Shown here in pieces: positions 17,541 to 24,527 of a DNA stretch of 61,595 bases; the first letter of the stretch is position 1; every line of letters begins with the position of its first letter. The DNA is from a virus. The translations under genes and the position numbers were made by a program. Location: positions 1 through 61,595 of IMG/VR virus record IMGVR_UViG_3300049749_000001; one strand, written 5' to 3'. The notes below the pieces were generated by a model. It was not told the DNA's origin and made no database searches. It saw only the letters and a list, made by a program, of their open reading frames with translations.

Positions 17541-17820
17541 GTTGTTCCTCCTTAGTGTGTGCCAGGGCGGCGTTAAGATAGACCGGGACGGTTCTTGTCT
17601 CGTCCTTCGGTCCTATGACTGGACCTTCCAGCCCGTAGTATTTGTAATCTTCCAGGTCGCCTGGGGTTATGTAGCCAAGGGGTTGAGACTCCCGCGCCGC
17701 TTCCAGCAATGCCTGGGCGAACTCATAAACATACGGGCGCAAATCCATAGGACAGTCAATTGTCTCCCTCAATGTAAAACCATGCTGCAGGGCAATTTCC
17801 CTCACCTGTTCTTTGTTCAT
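17533..17820 (-). CDS. Hypothetical protein (95 aa)
   Basis: Closed ORF with a 4-nt overlap with the upstream gene. Confidence 0.6.
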   Translation of the reverse strand: MNKEQVREIALQHGFTLRETIDCPMDLRPYVYEFAQALLEAARESQPLGYITPGDLEDYKYYGLEGPVIGPKDETRTVPVYLNAALAHTKEEQHG

Positions 17821-18017
17821 TGCTTCTCCTTGTTGGCGTAGTCAAGGGTTTCTATCGAGACGGTCAACTGCACGACGCTGTATCCCCTCTGCCGCGCTCT
17901 ATCCACTACTCCCGGCGTGTGCCGCCCTAACACCAGCCTCCACACATCGCCCTCATCTTCAAAAGAACTGTCGGCCATGATCCTGCCGTCCGGGTATAGC
18001 ATCGCCAAAATTTTCAT
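17817..18017 (-). CDS. Hypothetical protein (66 aa)
   Basis: Closed ORF with 4-nt overlaps on both sides. Confidence 0.55.
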   Translation of the reverse strand: MKILAMLYPDGRIMADSSFEDEGDVWRLVLGRHTPGVVDRARQRGYSVVQLTVSIETLDYANKEKQ

Positions 18018-18205
18018 GCCGCCTCCTTTTTTGTCAGTCCGCGTTTTCGGCCTGCCGCCTTCGCTTCCTCGGAAGTGAACTGGTGCGCGGTCCCTTGCGC
18101 GTGCGCCGCCTTGCCGCCACTGCTGGCGATTGCCCGCTGCTTGTCCTTGTCCATTGATGCAAAGCCCTGCTTACCTTTCATTGTTTTTCCCCTTAACAAC
18201 TTCAT
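18014..18205 (-). CDS. KGG-repeat general-stress-protein-like protein (YciG-like, 63 aa)
   Basis: GFASMDKDKQRAIASSGGKAAHAQGTAHQFTSEEAKAAGRKRG matches the stress-induced KGG motif pattern. Confidence 0.65.
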   Translation of the reverse strand: MKLLRGKTMKGKQGFASMDKDKQRAIASSGGKAAHAQGTAHQFTSEEAKAAGRKRGLTKKEAA

Positions 18206-19437
18206 GCGCGTTTCCTCAAATCCATTTCTTCCATATCGGCCAGCATCGCTGCTGCTCGTGGCAAATCCGCAATCTTCGCTTCTGTGAGCATGAGCAAATC
18301 GTCCTCATCCTGGGCGGGCACCTCGAAGTGACTGGTCAATATGGTCCGGTGGAACTTGGGCGCGGTCACGATGCAATGGTGACTGCCCCAATCGAATTCG
18401 CGGATCCCGCGAATGTGCTCTTTAACTGATATGGTTTTCCCGTCCCGTACGCGTTCATGTGCCCGTACGTAATGAATGATCTTCTTGGCTTTTCCATCCG
18501 CTGCTTTGATGCTCTTATCGCGGTCCGCGAAATAGGTTTTGGTGTTTTCAGGGTCCACTGAGAAAACCACCCGGTTCTTACCCTTGCGGATGCCCACGCT
18601 CCAGCGAAGGTCGCGCTCGTTCCACCATGCGAGCATTTGCACGAACGAATGCGCAATAGACTGACGCCGCTCTTCCAGCGTTGACACTTCTTGGCTTTTG
18701 GTAATGTATGGCTCACGCCATCTGGTTTGCATGAATGAGCGTGTTGCCGCCCCTTCGCCCTTGCGGTTGCGCTTTACCGGAATGGTCACGCGCTCTCCGC
18801 GCAGCTCGTCGCACACCTTTATCTCTCCCGTTGCCGGGTCTATCACGAGAAAACACTGAATCCAGAAGTTGCTCGCACTGGAAAAATTGTACGAGTAACC
18901 AAACTCGTAGACGATTCCGGGCAATTGCGTGTAGAGAGGTGGCACCTTCGCGTGCTTGACCGCGAACATCGTATTCGGAAAAACCAGATCGTCATCGTTC
19001 GGGTGCGTGCAATTGTCCGGTGACACACTAAAACTGATAGCCATCATGGCGGGCATAGGGCCGGCAGGGTCGGCGTATATCCCTGCCGTATGCACGACTA
19101 ACTCCCGTTTCCAGGGCTTGTCAGGGACATAGACGCCAAGGCGCTTTAACCCGATTACCGTTCCCTTGGGTAGCCATGAGAGCTTGTCCGTTGGCAGTTT
19201 CATTGCTTCAAATGTCACATCCAGGTTGTCTAGCAGGTCCGCCAGATTCTTCCGTATCAGTGCCCTGCCCTTGCGGTCCCTCGTCTGCTTTCGCTTTGTA
19301 TTCGCCTGGGGCGTCTCAAAGGGTTCGCGGTCAAACGTGAATTCCTCCATTGCTGGATCCGGGTCCGCTTGCCTGGGTGAGAAAAAATGGGTAATGCTTT
19401 TCATGATGCGGTCAATAAAGCTCTGCAGGAAGGCCAA
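18202..19437 (-). CDS. Hypothetical protein (411 aa), the largest unknown in the accessory arm
   Basis: Long closed ORF, translationally coupled to the downstream genes. No motif recognised. Confidence 0.7.
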   Translation of the reverse strand: MAFLQSFIDRIMKSITHFFSPRQADPDPAMEEFTFDREPFETPQANTKRKQTRDRKGRALIRKNLADLLDNLDVTFEAMKLPTDKLSWLPKGTVIGLKRLGVYVPDKPWKRELVVHTAGIYADPAGPMPAMMAISFSVSPDNCTHPNDDDLVFPNTMFAVKHAKVPPLYTQLPGIVYEFGYSYNFSSASNFWIQCFLVIDPATGEIKVCDELRGERVTIPVKRNRKGEGAATRSFMQTRWREPYITKSQEVSTLEERRQSIAHSFVQMLAWWNERDLRWSVGIRKGKNRVVFSVDPENTKTYFADRDKSIKAADGKAKKIIHYVRAHERVRDGKTISVKEHIRGIREFDWGSHHCIVTAPKFHRTILTSHFEVPAQDEDDLLMLTEAKIADLPRAAAMLADMEEMDLRKRA

Positions 19438-19513
19438 GGGTTTTCTCCGATTAGTACACTCATTGAAAAATTCTCCTGGCCGGTTGGCTTGTTGTTGTGT
19501 GTAAAGACGTGAC

Positions 19514-20074
19514 TCATAACCTAAAGAACTTATGTCGGATGCTGGCCACTACAGACCGGGCTTCATCCTCCAGACCGATCGTGCCGGCACGTACGATGAA
19601 TGCCGGTCCTTCGTCTCCAATGTTGAACAGTTCAAGTACCCTGCCCTTGCTATTGAGCAAGTTGAGTGCCGCCTGTACGGTTTCATCCGACGGTTTGCCG
19701 AACGGGTGGCTGTAATCCCCATCACGCGCCGCCTGAAAATTGGCGTGATCAATAACTTCCCGCTCAGTTAGGCAGGAACCGATGGAAGTAGCCTTGCCAT
19801 CAAAACCGACGATGGTGTAGTAGAAAGCCTCGGGTAGCCGTCTTTCCCATCCTTGCGGTACATCCTCTAGCGATTTCATCTTGTCGAGCTCCTTGAGTGC
19901 TTCTGCCTCGCTCGTGTAGCAATAGCGCCGCCCGTAGCCTGTCATGTCGAGCTCGGTACAGATTCCCCAGGTGTAGATGAAGCGGAAGATTCCCGCCCAT
20001 CCATCGGGAAACTTGCGTACATGGATGTATTCGCCTGTCTCTTCCAGATACGCCTTGTATTCGTCGTCAGTCAT
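19514..20074 (-). CDS. Hypothetical protein (186 aa)
   Basis: Closed ORF starting just below oriV. No motif recognised. Confidence 0.6.
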   Translation of the reverse strand: MTDDEYKAYLEETGEYIHVRKFPDGWAGIFRFIYTWGICTELDMTGYGRRYCYTSEAEALKELDKMKSLEDVPQGWERRLPEAFYYTIVGFDGKATSIGSCLTEREVIDHANFQAARDGDYSHPFGKPSDETVQAALNLLNSKGRVLELFNIGDEGPAFIVRAGTIGLEDEARSVVASIRHKFFRL

Positions 20075-20115
20075 TAATCTTCCATTGGTTTAAAAACGGG
20101 AGTCATAAATCAATA

Positions 20116-20159
20116 CCAGTTAATGCGGTTAACTACACCAGTTAACCCGGTTAACTACC
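20116..20159. repeat. Two tandem 22-bp units, each an AGTTAA-N5-TTAACT palindrome
   Basis: CCAGTTAATGCGGTTAACTACA followed by CCAGTTAACCCGGTTAACTACC, directly after iteron 1. Confidence 0.8.
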
Positions 20160-20173
20160 CTGTAAAAGTCGAG

Positions 20174-20253
20174 TTATCCACAGGCTGCATTAAGAATCTT
20201 TAATAAAAGGTTAAAGACTTTAGGTTAGAAAACGGTTAGCGGGTTGTGGATAA
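20174..20253. promoter_or_regulatory. Pair of inverted consensus DnaA boxes
   Basis: TTATCCACA at 20174-82 and TGTGGATAA at 20245-53, flanking an AT-rich stretch. Confidence 0.8.
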
Positions 20254-20461
20254 CCATGTATTCATTAATAAATTCAGCTACTTGCTGACATGCCTCCGGG
20301 AGTCATAAATCAATAGTCCGGGAGTCATAAATCAATACTTTCGGGAGTCATAAATCAATAGTCCGGGAGTCATAAATCAATAGTGCAAGATTCTGAAAAC
20401 AGCAGATTCATATCGGTTTCACATTAAAATAAGGTGCAAAACGGGAGTCATAAATCAATAG

Positions 20462-21409
20462 TTAGCAGACCGGCGTTTCAGCTCCTTTTCGGCGGACCAT
20501 GACTAATCCCTGTCTGCTTACCTCAAAATCTTCCAGGAAACCGGAATCCTTCAAGGCTTGCAATGCCTTGTTAATCAGTTTCTTTGCATCGCGCAGCCGT
20601 TCCTTGTGTTTGGCTGTGCGTGCCGTCTCGTCCAGTTCCGCATCCTGGGGCGCCTCGATCATCAATCCCGCGCCACTAGCCAACGTTTCGATGCGCACAG
20701 GGTAAGGTTCGCGGTGTGATGCGTAGTAGGCGTGCAACCACGTTGCCATTCCTTCAGGAAGTGAAAGCCGGCGTTGCCATTCAACCCGGGTGTATTGGAA
20801 TTCCGAGAACAGGAACACGAGCTCGTCGTGCATCCGCACTGTCCATAGACCGCCATCGCCATCCTTGCGGCGCTTGGCGTGGTAGCCTGGAAGCATGGAC
20901 AGGGATAAATCCTCGTTCAGACGTTTACTGGCTATCTTCAAAGACGTGGCCTGTAGCCGTGTCATGCACTTGTCCAGGCGGTCATAGCTCTGTCCAGTGA
21001 CAGGCCACTCGATAGCCTTGCAAAAACTGAAAGGGGTAAAGTGAAACGGCGTGGCTAGTCCGTTTTCGCGGGCAAGGTGGATAAGTTGCAGCCATACGGT
21101 TTCATCATCCTGGCGGAGTTCTTCGCCGGTGTAGGTTATCTCGCCCTCCCCTATTACAGCGACAACGGCGCGTTTCAGGTCCGCCCGCGGCTGCTTTCGA
21201 TTCTTGACGGTGAACAATGCAGAACGAACAATCTCATTCGGGATCCCGCGCAGTCCTTCCGCCCAAAGGGTCAATTGCTTGTTGGATAGAAGCTCTGCCC
21301 GTTTGCCGTCCCGTGCCGTTTTCTTTACGCGTTCGCCAATTTCGCGGATGGAATCGGCGCTAGATTTCTTCGCGGGTTTGCCGCTGTCCTCTTCTGCTTT
21401 TTCAAGCAT
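20462..21409 (-). CDS. trfA: TrfA-family plasmid replication initiator
   Basis: The blocks GIPNEIVRSALFTVKNRKQPR, ITYTGEELRQDDETVWLQLIHLA, RLQATSL and SHREPYPVRIETL parallel the RK2 TrfA blocks as I recall them. The adjacent iterons support the call. Confidence 0.85.
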   Translation of the reverse strand: MLEKAEEDSGKPAKKSSADSIREIGERVKKTARDGKRAELLSNKQLTLWAEGLRGIPNEIVRSALFTVKNRKQPRADLKRAVVAVIGEGEITYTGEELRQDDETVWLQLIHLARENGLATPFHFTPFSFCKAIEWPVTGQSYDRLDKCMTRLQATSLKIASKRLNEDLSLSMLPGYHAKRRKDGDGGLWTVRMHDELVFLFSEFQYTRVEWQRRLSLPEGMATWLHAYYASHREPYPVRIETLASGAGLMIEAPQDAELDETARTAKHKERLRDAKKLINKALQALKDSGFLEDFEVSRQGLVMVRRKGAETPVC

Positions 21410-21573
21410 CGTTATTCCCCTGGTTGTCGTATCCTTTTCGTATTAATACCTATGCAATACATACGAAAGTAATATCTTTTTAGTATGAATATGGTGCCCC
21501 TTGACTCAACCCCGCCCGTGCAAGGTGTAAACCGGGCAGAGTAAATTCTTATCTTGCCAAGGGGCGTAACTCT

Positions 21574-21933
21574 TTAGCTGGCCATTTCCTTTAGTTTCTT
21601 GATTGCCTGTTGCGCGGTCTCTTCCGCCTGATCGAACGAGGTGCGAACGAGGTCCACCACGCCGACGTGCATTTCTTCCGCTTGCATGTAAGTAGAACAG
21701 CGCAGTTGCACCTGCCCGAACGACTCGCAGAACGTCATCGTCTCGAAAAGCAGGGGCGGACCGTGCTCGGTCCAGTTATGGTCCAGCGCAAGAAACACGG
21801 TGCTCACCATTACGCCCTCGATATCCTCCTGGGCAACGATCCTGTTGTCCCGCCCGAACGAATCCGCCCATTGCTCCATGTCGCACGGCACCGGCGTACG
21901 TCCTTCCAGTCGGTAATACTTGCTATAGCTCAT
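21574..21933 (-). CDS. Hypothetical protein (119 aa)
   Basis: Closed ORF with a 4-nt overlap with the upstream gene. Confidence 0.6.
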   Translation of the reverse strand: MSYSKYYRLEGRTPVPCDMEQWADSFGRDNRIVAQEDIEGVMVSTVFLALDHNWTEHGPPLLFETMTFCESFGQVQLRCSTYMQAEEMHVGVVDLVRTSFDQAEETAQQAIKKLKEMAS

Positions 21934-22265
21934 TCATCCCCTACCTTTCCTCCCGTTCTGTTAATCAATTCCAACAGTTTCCAGCCGTCGCATTTTTCAA
22001 GGGGCGCCGACATTTCAAACAAGGCCACGCCACGCAGGGCAATGGTCATGACAAGCTCGCCGTGGCGCATCTGGTTAGTACTCAGAATGGCGAACCGCGC
22101 CTCGGGCGCATCTTCAAGCATGGTCAAGACGTGATCCATGCGCCGGAGCATCCGCCGTTCCTGCGTGGCTTCGCTGAGTTCCAGCCGTTGCCGTGGCGGT
22201 TTCTCCGGGGTCAAGGGAACACAGCCTCCTGCGGTGTAACCCGCGTCCATTGCTCCTCCGCCCAT
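21930..22265 (-). CDS. Hypothetical protein (up to 111 aa; start uncertain)
   Basis: Closed ORF. Its 5' end overlaps the 3' end of 22211..22396, so an internal Met start is possible. Confidence 0.5.
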   Translation of the reverse strand: MGGGAMDAGYTAGGCVPLTPEKPPRQRLELSEATQERRMLRRMDHVLTMLEDAPEARFAILSTNQMRHGELVMTIALRGVALFEMSAPLEKCDGWKLLELINRTGGKVGDE

Positions 22266-22396
22266 CGCAATTCCGGCGCCCAGGCTGAGAGCTCGGGCAC
22301 TTCCGCCATTTCGCCATAGGTCAAATGTCCGTAGCGTTCAAGCAGCTCCTTCGGTATCACGGGTTCGATTGATTGATAAATTTCTGCATGTGTCAT
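22211..22396 (-). CDS. Hypothetical protein (61 aa)
   Basis: ORF 22211..22498. Start moved to ATG 22396 (MTHAEIYQS), preceded by AAGGAGG. Confidence 0.5.
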   Translation of the reverse strand: MTHAEIYQSIEPVIPKELLERYGHLTYGEMAEVPELSAWAPELRWAEEQWTRVTPQEAVFP

Positions 22397-22406
22397 CCTG
22401 GCCTCC

Positions 22407-22670
22407 TTAGTCTTTTTCAATCCAGTGCTCCAGGGCTCGGTAGATTGCAAGGTTGATGAGACTGGCGCGGGTGTTGCCAGTTTTCCTCGCCATCGCATCG
22501 AGTTGGTCTAAAATCTCCGGGGAGATGGTATGGCTGATCTGTATCCTGTTCCCTTTCATGAAGGCTTTCTTCGGCTTTGAATCCGGTGCGCCTTCCTCAA
22601 ATTCCGTTACTTTCGTCGGTACAACGTCAGGTATTTTCGGGTCCAGCTTGGGTCGCGGTGTAATAGCCAT
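22407..22670 (-). CDS. Ribbon-helix-helix partition/regulatory protein (ParG/CopG-like)
   Basis: KGNRIQISHTISPEILDQLDAMARKTGNTRASLINLAIYRALEHW is an RHH fold signature. It lies immediately downstream of parA. Confidence 0.7.
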   Translation of the reverse strand: MAITPRPKLDPKIPDVVPTKVTEFEEGAPDSKPKKAFMKGNRIQISHTISPEILDQLDAMARKTGNTRASLINLAIYRALEHWIEKD

Positions 22671-22686
22671 ATCGTATCAATCTCCA

Positions 22687-23373
22687 TTAAGACGATACTA
22701 AATTCATATCGGATGGATATGAAAGCAATACGGCAAGCAACTTACTGAATTCCGCCCTTGCCTTCGGGTCCGCCTTCTTCATTTCCAGCACAGACAACCC
22801 CTGGCCAGCAGCACTCGAAAACGCCTTGCGCCGCACGAGGGGCGTATCAATGTATTCAAACTGCGGAAATGCGCTCAGTTCTGCAATGGCTTGCTCGTTA
22901 TCGGCTGCGCGAACGTCCTCGCTTGGATCCGGGTCGGCGGTATTCAGGACTGACAGCACGGGGAAATGTTCGCGTGCGCCGCGTGCCTCGTCCACCAATT
23001 CGGCCATTTCCTCCATTGCCCACACTTCAAACGTACGCGGCACGAACGGCATGAGCACCTTGTCCGATAGCATCAATGCCACGCGAAAGGCGGATGAATC
23101 CCGCCCGCCCGCGTCGATGATCACATCATGGAACTTGTGCGCCTGCAGCTTCACCTGGGAGCGAAGCAACGGACCTTCCGTGTACGTGGCGCACGCGATA
23201 CCGGGGAGGGTTTCGTCCTGGGCTCTCACGGCGATTGCCATCTGCGAGGTTTTCTGCCGGTCCGCATTGATCAGCCATACGTCGCGCCCTTCGCGGGCAA
23301 GTGCCGATGCAATGCTGACAGCGAGCGTGCTCTTGCCTACGCCGCCTTTGGTATTCCCTACGGTGAGTATCAT
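22687..23373 (-). CDS. parA: ParA-family partition ATPase (small, type Ib-like)
   Basis: Deviant Walker A in ILTVGNTKGGVGKSTLAVSIA. 228 aa with no N-terminal HTH. Confidence 0.9.
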   Translation of the reverse strand: MILTVGNTKGGVGKSTLAVSIASALAREGRDVWLINADRQKTSQMAIAVRAQDETLPGIACATYTEGPLLRSQVKLQAHKFHDVIIDAGGRDSSAFRVALMLSDKVLMPFVPRTFEVWAMEEMAELVDEARGAREHFPVLSVLNTADPDPSEDVRAADNEQAIAELSAFPQFEYIDTPLVRRKAFSSAAGQGLSVLEMKKADPKARAEFSKLLAVLLSYPSDMNLVSS

Positions 23374-23459
23374 TTTCCTGGCCTCTCGTTTTCATAGTTA
23401 TGGGGTAGTTATCGTACATTGCGATACTATGAAATGGCAACGAAAAACATAGGCAGACG

Positions 23460-23807
23460 TTAATGGATATTAGGCCGCTTGAAACGGTCAACAAACTCCA
23501 GGGCTTCCTTAATCGCACTGCAAGCCTCATGTTTGGAGTAATCCGGGACACAAAGCCTTAGAAGCTGGTCAACCTGACGGAGTAGGGTGCCGAACGTGTT
23601 CACCACGCCGTACAGTTGCGCCATGTTCGAGGTCAGGTCCGCGACGGATCCGGGCATGGTTTGGATCGTCTCGGTAGGCATACCGCGAAACGCGTTCCAG
23701 CACAAAACCAGCCGGTCCGCGTCCTCGTCCGATATCTCGCTAATGTTGGCCACAATCTTTCCGTCGCCATCCTGGATCTGTATTGCTGCCACTTTCGGTT
23801 TGCCCAT
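23460..23807 (-). CDS. Hypothetical protein (115 aa)
   Basis: Closed ORF. No motif recognised. Confidence 0.55.
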   Translation of the reverse strand: MGKPKVAAIQIQDGDGKIVANISEISDEDADRLVLCWNAFRGMPTETIQTMPGSVADLTSNMAQLYGVVNTFGTLLRQVDQLLRLCVPDYSKHEACSAIKEALEFVDRFKRPNIH

Positions 23808-23808
23808 G

Positions 23809-24237
23809 CTATGCAGTCTCCCTCTGTCGTTTGGCTTTGCATCTGCCGATGGATGAATCCTCGCCGCATCGTGGGCGTGCCAGTGCGAGCTTTAGCAGTT
23901 CTTCGGATGCCTCGAAACGCCGGATGAGAGTAGATTCCGACACCGCAATGGCCTCGGCTATCTCTCGGTTCGTGGCGTTGGCCTCAAGCATTTGCCGGAT
24001 GGTTGCAAAATGCTTGTCCAGGTGATTTTGCGCACCGACCCGGCGTTTTTCGGCGGACACTTCGTGTCCTTTCTTTGCCGCGCCTTTCAGCCTGACTTTG
24101 TGATCGTTGTAGCGGACGATATGGCAGACACCCATCAACAGCACGATGGTCGGGTAGCTTGGCAAGCAGTCGAGCTCGTCATCGAACGGGCGCCGGATCT
24201 GCTTCGTGTAGTCCTGCTCGTGGAATGGATTAATCAA
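23809..24237 (-). CDS. HTH DNA-binding protein (start uncertain)
   Basis: The C-terminal half has ATNREIAEAIAVSESTLIRRF, a resolvase/sigma-r4-like HTH. I chose the TTG at 24237 because it overlaps the upstream stop (TTGA). The ORF maximum is 24360. Confidence 0.5.
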   Translation of the reverse strand: MINPFHEQDYTKQIRRPFDDELDCLPSYPTIVLLMGVCHIVRYNDHKVRLKGAAKKGHEVSAEKRRVGAQNHLDKHFATIRQMLEANATNREIAEAIAVSESTLIRRFEASEELLKLALARPRCGEDSSIGRCKAKRQRETA

Positions 24238-24461
24238 CGTTGCGCCATGAGACGGCGATAGGCCGGAGGGGTGGTATAAATACACCGGAGCACGCTCGCG
24301 CCATCGCTCTCGACGTGCCCGGACCCGATGAGTTCCTGCTGGTAGCGCGGGGGAGGGCATTGGGGCGCCTGGGCTTCATCAATATCGCGGTACCCCATCC
24401 AGCCGAGGACCGCCACGATGGATAGGGTACCTATTGCGGGATATACGATTTCCTTGATCAT
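24234..24461 (-). CDS. Small membrane-anchored protein (75 aa)
   Basis: N-terminal helix IVYPAIGTLSIVAVLGWMGY. It is the first gene after the recET terminator. Confidence 0.5.
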   Translation of the reverse strand: MIKEIVYPAIGTLSIVAVLGWMGYRDIDEAQAPQCPPPRYQQELIGSGHVESDGASVLRCIYTTPPAYRRLMAQR

Positions 24462-24481
24462 GGATCCTCCTTGTAGAAACG

Positions 24482-24510
24482 AAAAAACGGCAAGCTGACT
24501 GCGCTTGCCG
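24482..24510 (-). terminator. Rho-independent terminator after the exonuclease gene
   Basis: Minus-strand reading CGGCAAGC-N7-GCTTGCCG followed by TTTTTT. Confidence 0.8.
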
Positions 24511-24527
24511 TTGTATGACTCCGTGCG

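Larger units (their letters stand above)
20097..20460. repeat. oriV: six direct 19-bp iterons CGGGAGTCATAAATCAATA
   Basis: Copies at 20097, 20297, 20319, 20342, 20364 and 20442, all in the same orientation. The central four have a 22-23 bp period. The region is AT-rich at 20190-20240 and abuts the 3' end of trfA. Confidence 0.9.

Noticed and set aside
20406-20416. An 11-nt match ATTCATATCGG shared by oriV (20406-16) and the parA 3' end (22703-13) as a possible common regulatory site
   Set aside because: Many chance 11-mer matches are expected within a 61-kb sequence, and there is no repeat structure around either copy.
20097-20460. Possible CRISPR array, because a 19-bp sequence repeats six times
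   Set aside because: The spacing is 3-4 bp between the central copies and irregular (about 180 and 60 bp) for the outer ones. There are no unique spacers of uniform length and no cas genes. DnaA boxes, an AT-rich tract and an adjacent trfA identify these repeats as plasmid iterons.
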